From Candidatus Cybelea sp. (GTDB lineage Bacteria; Acidobacteriota; Terriglobia; Acidiferrales; UBA7541): a stretch of 64,000 nucleotides of DNA. Below the pieces are notes generated by a model. It saw only the letters and a list, made by a program, of their open reading frames with translations, did not search any database and was not told the DNA's origin. The first letter of the stretch is position 1. Each line of letters starts with the position of its first letter. Below are positions 39,941 through 50,501 of the stretch, in pieces. The DNA lies in the NCBI GenBank assembly GCA_035603235.1, contig DATNKU010000032.1, positions 2,249 to 66,248 of the forward strand, written 5' to 3'. Made by a program: the position numbers and the translations under genes.

Positions 39941-42900
39941 GTGTCCGGGGCAGTGGACGAATTGCCTAAACCAGTCCGTAGGCATGGATTCGGATTCGCA
40001 TTTCGCTCGAAGCACGTCCTGGCGATGGCGTGTGCGATCGCGCTCTGGGCCGGTGCAGCAGCCGCGCAAACCACGGGCGCGATTCGCGGCGAAGTGCGCG
40101 ATCCCTCAGGCGCTCTGATTCCCGGCGCGAATATCACCGCAACACTCACCGGCACCGACACGGTGCGTTCGGTGACCACATCGTCGGACGGAAGCTTTGA
40201 AATTCCCGAGCTCGCCGTCGGCACCTATGAAATCGCCGTTCATGCCAAGAGCTTCAAGAACTACGCTGCCCGCGACGTCGTGGTCACCATCGGTCACGTA
40301 GCCGTCCTCGACATCGCGCTTGAAATCGGCGGAGAGTCGGAAACCGTCACCGTCCAGGCGAGTGCCACACAGGTTGAGACCACCAGCACGCAGATTGGCG
40401 CGGTGATGTCGGAAACCTCGGTCCGGGAACTTCCGCTCAGCACTCGTGACACCTATCAACTGCTGCAGCTTCAGCCCGGTGTGCAGTCGCAGGTCGGAGC
40501 AGATCTTTTCTATGGAAGCGACAATGCAGGCGTCGTGTCGGTCAATGGAGGCCGCGGCCGCTCGAACAACTACACGGTCAACGGAGGCGACGGCAACGAC
40601 ATCTTCGCCAATGGCCCCGCGATACAGCCTTCGCCCGACGCCATCGAGGAATTTCGTGTCCTGACCAATACTTTTGACGCCGAATATGGCCGCAACTCGG
40701 GCTCGATCGTCAACGTCGTCACCAAATCCGGTACCAATGATCTTCACGGTGATTTCTACGAATTTCTGCGCAACGACGTCCTCAATACGCGCGGTTATTT
40801 CGATCCCTACGTCCTGGACTACAAGCAGAACCAGTTTGGCGCGACCCTGGGAGGCCCGATCAAGAAGGACCGGACCTTCATCTTCGGCTCCTACGAAGGC
40901 AACCGCCTGCGCAAGGGAATCGACGACGGCACGGTCGTTTACCCGACCCAATCAGAGCAGAACGGGGACTTCAGCGCCACGGGCCCGCCTTTCGTCGGCA
41001 CCCTGGTTGACCCGGCGTTCGCAGGTTTGCTCGCAGGCCGCACCAGCAACCCGAACACTCCCACTACGACCTGCCAGCAGGCTGTGACCGCCATTGGCGG
41101 CGGCGCGATTACCGCAGGCACCCTGTTCGCGAACATCTTTCCGGGTAACATCATCCCCACTGCCTGCTTTGACCCTGCTGCCGAGGCGGTTTACAACCAG
41201 TGGGTTGCCCCGTTCGCCAACGCCTGCGCCGATCCGCAGGCCTGTTCCTCGATCGGCGAAGAACCCGAGCGCCAGGATCAATTCACGATTCGCCTAGACC
41301 ACAAAATCACAAACTCACAGCAATTCACTGCCTATTACTACTTTGAAGACGACAACAACACCGATCCGTTTACGACCTTCCAGGCCGCCGGAGCAAACGT
41401 TCCGGGATTCGGCGCAAACTTCAAGACGCGCACCCAGCAGTGGAATCTGGGCCATACCTGGACGCTCGGCGCGAACGCCGTGAATGAGCTCCGCTTCAAC
41501 TATTTCCGGGAGGGCCAGGGCCATCTGGATCACCCCGTGAATATTCTTGCGAGCGTTCACGACTCCTGTGGCCCAGGTTTCGACCCCTCGATGTGCTTCG
41601 CCGATCCAGGCAATCCAACCGCAGGAATCACCTCTGACATTCCCGGGCGCCAGGGCGTACCGAGCATTCTGGTTGACGGCGGGTTTTCGATCGGGAACAA
41701 CAACGAAGGCGAGCTTCCCCAAACCGGCAACACGTTCCAATGGACGGACAATTACACCAGGGCATTCTCCAAACACACGATGAAGCTCGGCGTGGATGTG
41801 AGGCGTCAGCGCTTTGATCAGTTTCTGTACTACAACATTAACGGCTTTGAAAGTTTTCTCAGCGATAGTAATCTCTGCGCTCCCTCGAACGCCAATCCGC
41901 CATTTCCCGTCGCCTCGCCAACCGGGTCGAATTGCGACAATCCCACGACCAACGACGTTGGTTTCACCAGCGCCTACCCGGACTACTTTCTCGGCACAAC
42001 GAGCGGTTACACACAGGGCGCAGCGCAAGGCCAGGACGACCGCAACAGCGCGCTGTATCTGTTCGCGCAGGATAGCTGGAAGATCAAAACCAACGTCACT
42101 CTCAACTACGGGCTGCGTTGGGAACTGAACACGCCGTACTACGACACCGGCAATCGTCTCCAGACTTTCCGCCCGGGCGAAGCAACTACCCAATATCCGT
42201 GCTGGATGTCGCAGGAAAGCTCAGCAGAAACCGGACTTCCGGCAGGGAATTGCGGTCCCGGCAGCGGCAGCGACTCAATCTTCCCCTACGGTCTGGTGTT
42301 CCCGGGAGACAAAGGCGTCCCTCGCGGACTCACCAGCACGTACTACAAGGGATTTGCTCCCCGCATCGGCCTTGCTTGGAGCCCTGGGTGGACCAGCGGC
42401 TGGCTTTCAAGACTCACCGGCGGCCCCGGCAAGTCGAGCGTACGAGCCGGCTACGGCATCTTCTACAACCCGATCGAGCAGCTGGTCCTTGAGCAGTTCA
42501 GCGCAGAACCTCCGTTTGGCGGGAGCACGACACTCGCGAATACGTTGTTCAATCTGCCGTTTGAGCCCCAGTCGGGTGGCTCGCCGTTCCCCAATCCGTA
42601 CGGCGGCATCATTCAGCAAACGCCCAAGACTCCGTGTGCGTCCGATACGCCGGGCGGTCCCAATGGGTGCGTCGACTGGTCGCAATTCCGGCCGATCCTG
42701 CTGGCAGGCGAGTTCCAGCCGCACCTGAGAGCGCAGTACGCCGAGCAGTACAACCTCACGATCGAACGGCAGCTGTCCAAGGACACGCTGCTTCGGATCG
42801 CCTACGTCGGCACACAGGACCATCATCTGCTGGCGATTCATGACCTCGACCCGGGCAATGCCCAGACCTGCCTGAATCTGGAAGCCGTGTCGACCTATTA

Positions 42901-43912
42901 CTCACCTCTTTTGGCCAGCGGCGCACCGAACCCAAACGCGAACCCGGCTCTTAGTTCCGCATATTCTTGCGGGCCGTTTGATTCGGATTCAGCCTACGAC
43001 CTGCCGGCGGGCTCGCTTCCGGCCGGCTTCAACCTCCACTTACCCTACGGTTCGGTTTCTTCGGTAGCCGGAGGTCCAGCGTCGCCAGCAATTACCCTGG
43101 TCGGACTGCGACCGTATTCCTCGCCGATCTGCCAGCCCACGACCGGCATCGGCTGTCCGCCTGACGGCGTGCCGGTTTTCAGCAACATTTTCTCCGAGGA
43201 CACCATCGCCAACTCCAATTACAACGGTTTGCAGATTTCTGTCGAACGCAGCCTCTCGAATGGTTTGCTGTTTCAGGCTTCCTACACCTTCAGCAAGGCG
43301 ATTGACCAGGGCGCCTCGTTTGAAAACGAGTTGAACCCTCTGAACTTCAATGCCACGCGCGGACTGTCGCTTGTCGATGCACGCAATCGATTTGTCTTCA
43401 GTCCCTACTGGGAGATTCCTATTCCCAAGCACGATGGCATTTCGGGCAAGCTCATCAATGGTTGGGCAGCATCGGCCATCATCACTTATCAGAGCGGCTT
43501 CCCGATTCGCGTCCAGACTCAGGATGACCTTGAACTCGAGAGCAGTTACTTTTTCGAGGATGCCAACACGCCCGAGGTTACCGGCAAGGTGCAGTTCGTG
43601 AATCCGAAAACGAATGGAAACCTCTGGTTTACTTCAAACAACATCAGCGATCCCGCTCCCGGCACTTTCGGGAACATGCCTCACTCGCTCTGCTGCGGGC
43701 CGCCAATCAGCAACACGGACATTGCCCTGGTTAAGCACACGCCTATCGGAGAACGGTGGTCGTCTGAGTTCCGCTCCGAGTTTTACAATGCCTGGAACCA
43801 CACTCAGTTTGCCAATCCTGACGGCAACTTCAGCGACCTCACTTTCGGCCAGATCCTCAAAACGCGTGAGGATCCGCGCGTAATCCAGTTCGCCCTGAAA
43901 TTCCTGTTTTGA
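39941..43912 (+). CDS. TonB-dependent receptor with an N-terminal carboxypeptidase-regulatory-like domain
   Basis: Track ORF 39617..43912 trimmed to an in-frame GTG after GGAAGCGGA (start is 39941-39962). Signal peptide ...AIALWAGAAAAQ, CarboxypepD_reg-like IRGEVRDPSGALIPGANITA...GSFEIPELAVGTYEI and a plug region (VRELPLSTRDTYQLLQLQPGV). A very long barrel ends in the aromatic terminus ...FALKFLF. Confidence 0.85.
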   Translation: MSGAVDELPKPVRRHGFGFAFRSKHVLAMACAIALWAGAAAAQTTGAIRGEVRDPSGALIPGANITATLTGTDTVRSVTTSSDGSFEIPELAVGTYEIAVHAKSFKNYAARDVVVTIGHVAVLDIALEIGGESETVTVQASATQVETTSTQIGAVMSETSVRELPLSTRDTYQLLQLQPGVQSQVGADLFYGSDNAGVVSVNGGRGRSNNYTVNGGDGNDIFANGPAIQPSPDAIEEFRVLTNTFDAEYGRNSGSIVNVVTKSGTNDLHGDFYEFLRNDVLNTRGYFDPYVLDYKQNQFGATLGGPIKKDRTFIFGSYEGNRLRKGIDDGTVVYPTQSEQNGDFSATGPPFVGTLVDPAFAGLLAGRTSNPNTPTTTCQQAVTAIGGGAITAGTLFANIFPGNIIPTACFDPAAEAVYNQWVAPFANACADPQACSSIGEEPERQDQFTIRLDHKITNSQQFTAYYYFEDDNNTDPFTTFQAAGANVPGFGANFKTRTQQWNLGHTWTLGANAVNELRFNYFREGQGHLDHPVNILASVHDSCGPGFDPSMCFADPGNPTAGITSDIPGRQGVPSILVDGGFSIGNNNEGELPQTGNTFQWTDNYTRAFSKHTMKLGVDVRRQRFDQFLYYNINGFESFLSDSNLCAPSNANPPFPVASPTGSNCDNPTTNDVGFTSAYPDYFLGTTSGYTQGAAQGQDDRNSALYLFAQDSWKIKTNVTLNYGLRWELNTPYYDTGNRLQTFRPGEATTQYPCWMSQESSAETGLPAGNCGPGSGSDSIFPYGLVFPGDKGVPRGLTSTYYKGFAPRIGLAWSPGWTSGWLSRLTGGPGKSSVRAGYGIFYNPIEQLVLEQFSAEPPFGGSTTLANTLFNLPFEPQSGGSPFPNPYGGIIQQTPKTPCASDTPGGPNGCVDWSQFRPILLAGEFQPHLRAQYAEQYNLTIERQLSKDTLLRIAYVGTQDHHLLAIHDLDPGNAQTCLNLEAVSTYYSPLLASGAPNPNANPALSSAYSCGPFDSDSAYDLPAGSLPAGFNLHLPYGSVSSVAGGPASPAITLVGLRPYSSPICQPTTGIGCPPDGVPVFSNIFSEDTIANSNYNGLQISVERSLSNGLLFQASYTFSKAIDQGASFENELNPLNFNATRGLSLVDARNRFVFSPYWEIPIPKHDGISGKLINGWAASAIITYQSGFPIRVQTQDDLELESSYFFEDANTPEVTGKVQFVNPKTNGNLWFTSNNISDPAPGTFGNMPHSLCCGPPISNTDIALVKHTPIGERWSSEFRSEFYNAWNHTQFANPDGNFSDLTFGQILKTREDPRVIQFALKFLF

Positions 43913-44127
43913 TCCCTAGATGTGCTGATCTGCTTGCGGCCGCAAGACGCGATCCCCAATGCTGGTTCCTGCCTCGAACTCCGAGACTCGCGCCGGATTC
44001 GTAGGCCGAGTTATAACCGGGACGTAACGTTTCCCTCCGAGCATGTCGGGTATAATCCGCATGCGTTGTCGGGCGTTCACGCACGCGTTCTTGGCTCGAG
44101 CACATCCGATCGGAAAAGGAGCTAACC

Positions 44128-44970
44128 ATGGCAACAGTTACAACGAAAGACGGCATAGAGATTTATTACAAGGATTGGGGAACAGGGCAGCCGATCGTTT
44201 TCTCACACGGCTGGCCACTGAGCGGGGACGACTGGGACGGGCAGATGCTGTACTTCGGGCAGCTTGGCTATCGCGTCATCGCGCACGACCGGCGAGGTCA
44301 TGGACGCTCGACTCAGACTTGGGACGGCAACGACATGGATACCTATGCGGACGATCTTGCCGTGCTATTTGAAAAACTCAATCTCAAGGACGCAATCATG
44401 GTTGGGCACTCAACCGGCGGCGGTGAGGTCGCGCGCTACCTGGGTCGCCACGGTACGAAGCGTGTCGCCAAGGCCGCGCTGATCAGCGCCGTGCCACCGC
44501 TCATGCTGAAGACCGAAAAGAACCCCCTAGGCGCCCCTATTTCGGTTTTTGATGGCCTCAGGGCGGCGCTTGCGGCCAACCGGGCCCAGTTCTATCAGGA
44601 CATCACACTCCCTTTTTATGGCTACAACCGTCCTGGCGCGAAAATCTCCGAAGGGATTCGGGAGCACTGGTGGTTGCAGGGCATGCTGGGAGGAGTGAAG
44701 GCCCACTATGATTGCATCAAGGCGTTCTCGGAGACCGACTTTACCGAAGACCTGAAGAAGATCGATATTCCCGTGCTGGTTATGCACGGAGATGACGATC
44801 AGATCGTGCCAATCGCCGCCGCAGGTCCGATGTCGGCAAAGATACTCAAGCACGCAACGCTGAAGGTCTATAAGGGCTTTCCGCACGGAATGCCCGCGAC
44901 CAACGCGGACGTGATCAATGCCGATTTGCTGGCGTTTTTCAAGGGCGCCGCAACAACAGCTTCTGCATAA
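44128..44970 (+). CDS. alpha/beta hydrolase, non-heme haloperoxidase / arylesterase family
   Basis: 280 aa. [27 protein letters not shown], nucleophile elbow [10 protein letters not shown] and C-terminal HG..D..VP / PHG blocks typical of this family. AAAGGAG Shine-Dalgarno. Confidence 0.85.
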   Translation: MATVTTKDGIEIYYKDWGTGQPIVFSHGWPLSGDDWDGQMLYFGQLGYRVIAHDRRGHGRSTQTWDGNDMDTYADDLAVLFEKLNLKDAIMVGHSTGGGEVARYLGRHGTKRVAKAALISAVPPLMLKTEKNPLGAPISVFDGLRAALAANRAQFYQDITLPFYGYNRPGAKISEGIREHWWLQGMLGGVKAHYDCIKAFSETDFTEDLKKIDIPVLVMHGDDDQIVPIAAAGPMSAKILKHATLKVYKGFPHGMPATNADVINADLLAFFKGAATTASA

Positions 44971-45097
44971 ACGTCGGGTGCCCCGGGTTTTCTGATGCAG
45001 TGGAAAGCCCGGGGGCCCCATCATCTCGGGCAATTCTCGGTTATCATTGGTCCGCTTGTTCGACAACAACACGAACAGGGAAGGGAAGTCTCGCCAG

Positions 45098-46027
45098 ATG
45101 CAGTATTGCAGCAGACTTTACGCATTCCGCCTTGCCTGCGCGGTTGCGCTCGCGGCGCTCCTGCTTCCCTTCGCAGCCTCGCCTCCGAGCGGCCAGACAA
45201 CGGCCGCAAGCGACGCAGGTGTTGCCGTCGGGCCGCAGTATGACTCAACACATGTCTATGTCGCGCCCGGGGATTTGGATGCCTTCGTGAACAGCTTCAC
45301 AGCCACGTTCGGCGGCCAACCATCGAAAACGTCGGTAGTAAATGTCCTGCCGGTCCCAAGCAAGACTGAATTCCGGTTCGTGTCTACTCTTGTTGGAATG
45401 CTGTCGGTCTTCGCCTACCAAACGCCCGTGCCGTTTCCGTTCGGAGAGGAACGCACCGGATATCTGGTTACGGATATCGACCGCGCGATCCAGGCAGCTC
45501 GTTCTGCCGGAGCCGAGGTAATCGTCGAACCGTTCAACGACCCGATCGGAAAAGATGCCGTCATCCAGTGGCCCGGCGGCGTGAAGATGCAACTGTATTG
45601 GCATTTCACCCAGCCCAACTACGCACCGCTTGAGGCGGTTCCCGACAACCGGGTCTACATCTCGCGAGACGAAGCCGATATTTTCGTAAATGATTTCGTG
45701 CGATTCGCTCACGGCAAGGTGGTCGCAGACGACAAACAGGCCGACGCAGGCGCGATCGGACTCCCGCAAGCATCCTATCGCCGCATTCGGATCACATCGC
45801 TGTTCGGCAACATGCAGGTCCTGGTGACCGATGGCCATCTGCCGTATCCGTTCGGCCGTGAAGTCACCGGGTACGAGGTGCGCGATCTGGGCGCCACGCT
45901 TGAGAAGGCAAAGGCGTCCGGCGCGAAGATCCTGTCGCCCCCGTACACCACGGACACGGGGTCGACTTCGATTGTGGAATTCCCGGGCGGCTACATCGCC
46001 GAGATTCACAGCGTGTCACCCCATTGA
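45098..46027 (+). CDS. exported protein with two glyoxalase/VOC-like repeats (tentative)
   Basis: Track ORF trimmed to the ATG at 45098. Signal peptide ...LLLPFAASPPSGQ. Two internally similar halves (STHVYVAPGDLDAFVNSFTATFGG / NRVYISRDEADIFVNDFVRFAHG), each followed by G.EV.GY.V.D...A....SGA.I. motifs. Confidence 0.5.
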   Translation: MQYCSRLYAFRLACAVALAALLLPFAASPPSGQTTAASDAGVAVGPQYDSTHVYVAPGDLDAFVNSFTATFGGQPSKTSVVNVLPVPSKTEFRFVSTLVGMLSVFAYQTPVPFPFGEERTGYLVTDIDRAIQAARSAGAEVIVEPFNDPIGKDAVIQWPGGVKMQLYWHFTQPNYAPLEAVPDNRVYISRDEADIFVNDFVRFAHGKVVADDKQADAGAIGLPQASYRRIRITSLFGNMQVLVTDGHLPYPFGREVTGYEVRDLGATLEKAKASGAKILSPPYTTDTGSTSIVEFPGGYIAEIHSVSPH

Positions 46028-46094
46028 TTGCGGCTCCCGGGCACGCTGGCTGTGATCTCGGTGGAATTTTGGGAAGGGAACTGTCTCTTCGAGT

Positions 46095-47021
46095 TTAGAG
46101 TTGGGTTCTCTTCTTTTCTGGCCACAACGCGGAAGCGCCTGCCATCACTGTCAGGATACCCAGGATCACACCGAGTGAGACTCCGGTAGAAATCGGAATT
46201 CGTTCGCTCGCAAGCATCTTTGCTCCTGTAAACAGCAGAATCGCCGCAAGCCCCGGCCGCATAAACCGGAATCGCGGAAGCAGATCTGCCAGGGCGAAGT
46301 AGAGCGCGCGCAACCCGAGAATGGCAAATACGTTCGAGGAGTATGCAAGAAAAGTGTCGCGCGTGATCGCTAGTACCGCCGGCACGGAGTCAACAGCGAA
46401 CAAAATGTCGGTGGCCTCGATAGCGACAACTGCCAGCAGCAGCGGTGTCCCATAGTATTTCCCGGCTTGCCGCACGAAGAAATGTTCACCCTCATAATCC
46501 GGCGTCACGGGCATGACGCGTCGTACAACCCGAACCAGCCAATTTCGCTCCGGTCGAATCGTGCGCCCGCCAGGCCAAAGCATTACCACCGCGCTCACAA
46601 TCAGGATCGCGCCGAACACAAAAAGAACGAAGTGGAAGCGGTTGAGCAGCGCCACACCCCCAAATACGAAGATTGCCCTCATCACCAATGCGCCGACAAC
46701 GCCGCAGTAGAGAACTTTGTGCTGCGACTGGGAGGGAACTGCGAACCCTTCAAAAATCAGCAGAAAGACGAAAATGTTGTCGATGCTCAACGATTTCTCA
46801 ACCACGTAACTGGTCAAGAATTCAAGGCCCGCGCGATGGCCCATGGAGACGGACACCCAAAGACTAAAGGCCAGCGCGAGCCCAATCCAACCGGCGCTTT
46901 CTGCAAGCGCCTCCTTTAGCGCGATCCGACGCGCCTCGCGGTGGAATATACCGAGGTCCAAAGCAATCGCCGCGACAACGGCAACGCTAAATCCCATCCA
47001 CATATATGGAGGCGTTCCCAC
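46095..47021 (-). CDS. TerC-family integral membrane protein
   Basis: 308 aa. LSIDNIFVFLLIF and DILFAVDSVPAVLAIT signature blocks. GTG start at 47021; alternative ATGs lie at 47003 and 46997. Confidence 0.85.
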   Translation of the reverse strand: MGTPPYMWMGFSVAVVAAIALDLGIFHREARRIALKEALAESAGWIGLALAFSLWVSVSMGHRAGLEFLTSYVVEKSLSIDNIFVFLLIFEGFAVPSQSQHKVLYCGVVGALVMRAIFVFGGVALLNRFHFVLFVFGAILIVSAVVMLWPGGRTIRPERNWLVRVVRRVMPVTPDYEGEHFFVRQAGKYYGTPLLLAVVAIEATDILFAVDSVPAVLAITRDTFLAYSSNVFAILGLRALYFALADLLPRFRFMRPGLAAILLFTGAKMLASERIPISTGVSLGVILGILTVMAGASALWPEKKRTQL

Positions 47022-47335
47022 GATGTGCTGTGCTCTCTCCCAATCCAGAATACTGATCCAGAATCTAACCGCGCACTACTTAGTGGCGGAGTTGCGTGTT
47101 CAGATCGCTCCCCGTCAGATTGCTGTCACGACATATCGGGGTCCAGGGACTGTCGAGAATACACGACCCGTCGGAGTTTCACTTCGAAACTCATCGGCCG
47201 GAGGCCGGCATCAAAAGATACGACCAGGCCCTGTTTTCGGTTTGCGCGCGGGCAACAGAGTGGGGCAATTCCGACAAAACGCCTCCGCTTCGACGTGCAA
47301 TTATTGCTATTATTTCTGAACTTACGGAATCGAGA

Positions 47336-48097
47336 ATGGAAATAATCTCACGAGCCGTACTGCTCGGCGTCGCGCTTCTTGCCGCGGTGTTATTGTTCAC
47401 CCCGTTTGAGGCTTTCTTCGAAGGCCTAATAGCGTTCGCCATGATCACCGCCGCTGTAACTGGTTTCCTGATGCATCCCCGCAGGGAAGTGTTCTACGTG
47501 CGGACTAGCGTGCGAGTCACTGTCCCGGATCGACGCCAGACCATGGAGAAAGACCTGCTCGCGGTAAGGGTCGAACTTACGAGACTCTGGTTGCTGTTTG
47601 TGCCGACGTTCCTGGCGGTGGCTTTTCTCGTCTTCTTCGCAGCCGGAGGCCCCGAAAAATTCAGCTTCCTGAATTGGATCTTCACGTCGCGGCACGCGTA
47701 TCTGGCGTTTCTTGTTTGTCAGTACCCGCCGCTGTTGGTTCTACTCCTGCTTGCGGAATGGATTGCCGAACGAAGAGTAATGTGGGATGCCGAGGCGTGC
47801 AGCGCGAGATCTTTTTCCGTCAATCCCATACGATCTGGACAATTTGGGCGAGTTTCCTACCTGTTCATGGGAGAACACGGAGAGTATTACGGTGGTGAAT
47901 GTCGTTACTTTAAGTTGATCCACGTCCCAGAGCTGGCGTCGATTGTTTTTTACAATGTTCGAAACCCGGAATTGAACAGGATTGCCTTAGGGTTTCTGTT
48001 CCATCGTTTGATTATCTTGGGACGCGGGGTCACCGAACTAGACAAGCAGACTGTTGCGGCACAGGTCGTCTTGGCCGAGACGGCGTCCTTGTCTTAG
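47336..48097 (+). CDS. hypothetical membrane protein (4 TM helices plus a soluble tail), low-GC gene
   Basis: Track ORF trimmed to MEIISRAVLLGVALLAAV. Four hydrophobic helices, then an about 100-aa tail. No motif recognised. Confidence 0.5.
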   Translation: MEIISRAVLLGVALLAAVLLFTPFEAFFEGLIAFAMITAAVTGFLMHPRREVFYVRTSVRVTVPDRRQTMEKDLLAVRVELTRLWLLFVPTFLAVAFLVFFAAGGPEKFSFLNWIFTSRHAYLAFLVCQYPPLLVLLLLAEWIAERRVMWDAEACSARSFSVNPIRSGQFGRVSYLFMGEHGEYYGGECRYFKLIHVPELASIVFYNVRNPELNRIALGFLFHRLIILGRGVTELDKQTVAAQVVLAETASLS

Positions 48098-48346
48098 TCT
48101 CGGCTCTGATTCGCCCGTGAGACGTCGATACATGTAATTCAAGCGGGCCCGGACAACGCATAATCCCTCGTGTCGAGGCAACATCTTATGGTTCTGTAAT
48201 TTACCGCCGTGGTCAAAGTAAACATAATATTCATTCGCAGAAGTGATTACCGACGGCGTTTCGGCCTACTTCGACCCGCAAGTCCAGGCAATCCGGGTTC
48301 TTCTGTGAGGCCCGAAACAACGTCGATTCCCGCGGGCAGTGTTACT

Positions 48347-49597
48347 ATGCGCGGCATGAATAGCCAAGATGTCGTTAAGCCGAACGGGAACGCAGGGGTC
48401 ACGGGATCCGGGCGAACTCGGGGGCGACGCTTTGTGACCTTTCTGGCCGTCGTTGTAACGCTGCCCGTGGCAGTTATTGTGGTCGGCGCGCTCTTCCCTC
48501 CTGCTCGCCTGATCGCCACGATCGGATGCGTGTTCGAATCATTTTTGACGGCCCACGTTTTTCTTGCGGGCCTCGCCGGCATCGCGCTGGCGCTCTGGGC
48601 GAAGCGCCTTGGCGGGCGTAGTGCAACGACCGCCATCCTGTGGCTCGCAATGGCCGCGACCGTCGGCGCCGCCATTCCAGTTCTCGTGCTTGCGCGCACC
48701 GCATATCGCTATGGCGCGCCTATCTCCTGGGCGGCACACCTTCGCGTGGCCGCGCCGGGCCCGAGAGCAATGCCGGATCAGACCCAGCTGTTTGCAACGG
48801 TAGACGGCACGAGCCTGTACCTCGACATATACCTGCCGGGTAGTTCGACCGGCGCGTCGGCGTCGCTCTCAGCCCCTGTGGTCATGATTCACGGCGGTGG
48901 GTTTTCAGCAGGCAAGCGCAGCGACGGGCGGAACTGGGACCGCTGGCTTGCGTCGCGCGGTTACACCGTGTTTGATGTCGACTACCGCCTGGATCCGCCG
49001 GTGACCTGGAATCTAGCAGCGCCGGATGTGGCCTGCGCAGTCGGCTGGGTTGCGTCGCATGCAAGCGACTATCACATCTCACCGGATCGAATGCTTATCA
49101 CCGGACAATCGGCCGGCGGCGGACTTGCCATGCAGGTCGCGTATGGTTTGGGTGACGGAACGGTGACCTCAGATTGCGGCGGAGCAGTGCCGCAGCCGAA
49201 AGCGGTCTTCGCCCTATATCCGCCGGATGACTTAGCGATGGCCTGGAACCTCAACACGGGATTACCCCCGTTTGGTGCGCGAACGCTGAACACGGGCTAC
49301 CTCGGCGGGTCGCCTGGGCAATACCCCGACAGGTACCAAGTGGCGTCACCGGTGTTTCACGTGCGGCAGGGTCTGCCGCCGACCCTCATTGCGGCTGGAG
49401 CAGTCGATCACCTGGTTCCGTTTGCCGGACACGTCGAGACAGTCGACAAATTGAATGCCGCGGGCGTGCCCAACGTGCTGTTGTCCGTGCCGTACGGCGA
49501 CCACGCTTACGATGCGGCGTGGGGCGACCTGGGCGCACAGATCACGCGCAAGGTATTGGCCGATTTCCTGGCGCAGTATTTGCCAGCGACGGAGTGA
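48347..49597 (+). CDS. membrane-anchored alpha/beta hydrolase (esterase/lipase-like)
   Basis: Track ORF trimmed to the ATG at 48347 (or 48356). About 4 N-terminal TM helices, then the oxyanion block VVMIHGGGFSAG and nucleophile elbow GQSAGGGLA, with a C-terminal DH..P pattern. Confidence 0.75.
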   Translation: MRGMNSQDVVKPNGNAGVTGSGRTRGRRFVTFLAVVVTLPVAVIVVGALFPPARLIATIGCVFESFLTAHVFLAGLAGIALALWAKRLGGRSATTAILWLAMAATVGAAIPVLVLARTAYRYGAPISWAAHLRVAAPGPRAMPDQTQLFATVDGTSLYLDIYLPGSSTGASASLSAPVVMIHGGGFSAGKRSDGRNWDRWLASRGYTVFDVDYRLDPPVTWNLAAPDVACAVGWVASHASDYHISPDRMLITGQSAGGGLAMQVAYGLGDGTVTSDCGGAVPQPKAVFALYPPDDLAMAWNLNTGLPPFGARTLNTGYLGGSPGQYPDRYQVASPVFHVRQGLPPTLIAAGAVDHLVPFAGHVETVDKLNAAGVPNVLLSVPYGDHAYDAAWGDLGAQITRKVLADFLAQYLPATE

Positions 49598-49616
49598 CCG
49601 AAGCGCATCCGGGGTC

Positions 49617-50354
49617 ATGAGCCACGGCAGCAACGAAGCAAGGATATTTCTCTCGGCAGAGTGGCGCAACCTCGTGATGCTGAACTACGAGGTAGATCCC
49701 CGCCTCCTGCGAGAGTACGTTCCAGCGGGAACGGAGCTCGACGCCCACGATGGGCGTACGCTCGTCAGCCTTGTAGGATTTCAGTTCCTGCACACGAAAC
49801 TTTTCGGAGTGTTACCAGTTCCCTTCCATTCGAATTTTGAAGAGGTCAATCTCCGTTTCTACGTGAGGCGCCGCGAAAACGGTGACATCCGCCGCAGTGT
49901 GGTTTTCATTCGCGAAATTGTCCCGAAACGCGCGGTGGTGATGCTGGCGCGGTTGGCCTACGGCGAAAATTACAGCCGCTATCCGATGCGGCATCGAATT
50001 ACCTCTGACGCCACGCGCACATCCGCCCAGTACGAATGGCGGACGAAGAGCGGCTGGGCGCGGCTGTATTCCGAGGCAGCGGGCGAGGCCGCTCACCCAG
50101 CCGACGGAAGCATGGAGCAATTCATCACCGAGCATTATTGGGGCTATTCCGCGCACCGCAACGCAGGCTCGGTTGAATACCACGTGACCCATCCCCAGTG
50201 GCGCGTCTGGCAAAGCCTGCGAGCAGGTTTTGATGGTGACGGCACGGAGATCTATGGGCGCGCGTTGGGTGAGACTTTGCGACGTCCGCCCGATTCTGCA
50301 TTTACCGCCGACGGCTCGCCCGTCGTAGTGTTCGCCGCCAAGCGCATCGCTTGA
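49617..50354 (+). CDS. DUF2071 (YqjF-like) family protein
   Basis: Track ORF trimmed to MSHGSNEARIFLSAEWRNLVMLNYEVDPRLLREYVPAGTELD. Continues ...SLVGFQF...PFHSNFEEVNLRFYV, the pattern I associate with DUF2071. Confidence 0.7.
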   Translation: MSHGSNEARIFLSAEWRNLVMLNYEVDPRLLREYVPAGTELDAHDGRTLVSLVGFQFLHTKLFGVLPVPFHSNFEEVNLRFYVRRRENGDIRRSVVFIREIVPKRAVVMLARLAYGENYSRYPMRHRITSDATRTSAQYEWRTKSGWARLYSEAAGEAAHPADGSMEQFITEHYWGYSAHRNAGSVEYHVTHPQWRVWQSLRAGFDGDGTEIYGRALGETLRRPPDSAFTADGSPVVVFAAKRIA

Positions 50355-50501
50355 GTGATTCGCAAAACTGCTGCCAGCGTGCGCGAATTGAGGTTCGGGC
50401 AGGCTGTAATTGCGCGATTTCGCGAGACCTGCCGGTAGCGCGGTTGTGGTAGCCTGTGCGGCGCGGCATCACGCACCCGCGGATGGAAGGGAGAGCGTTT
50501 G

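Noticed and set aside
44051-44056. Perfect TATAAT hexamer 72 nt upstream of the haloperoxidase-like hydrolase gene, considered as a promoter call
   Set aside because: No acceptable -35 element (CGTTTC/ACGTTT at 17-18 nt) and no TG extension. A lone hexamer is not sufficient evidence, so it is not listed as a feature.
47022-47335. Possible yybP-ykoY (Mn2+) riboswitch upstream of the TerC-family gene. The minus strand has GACGGGGAGCGA at about 47101-47116, resembling the GGGGAGUAG loop.
   Set aside because: The second conserved half (UUGACAUA ... AGAGACC, in that order) is not present. Only loose, wrongly ordered similarities (GAGAGAGCAC, CAGCACAUC) occur, and I could not draw the four-helix architecture. 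A cmsearch with RF00080 would be decisive.
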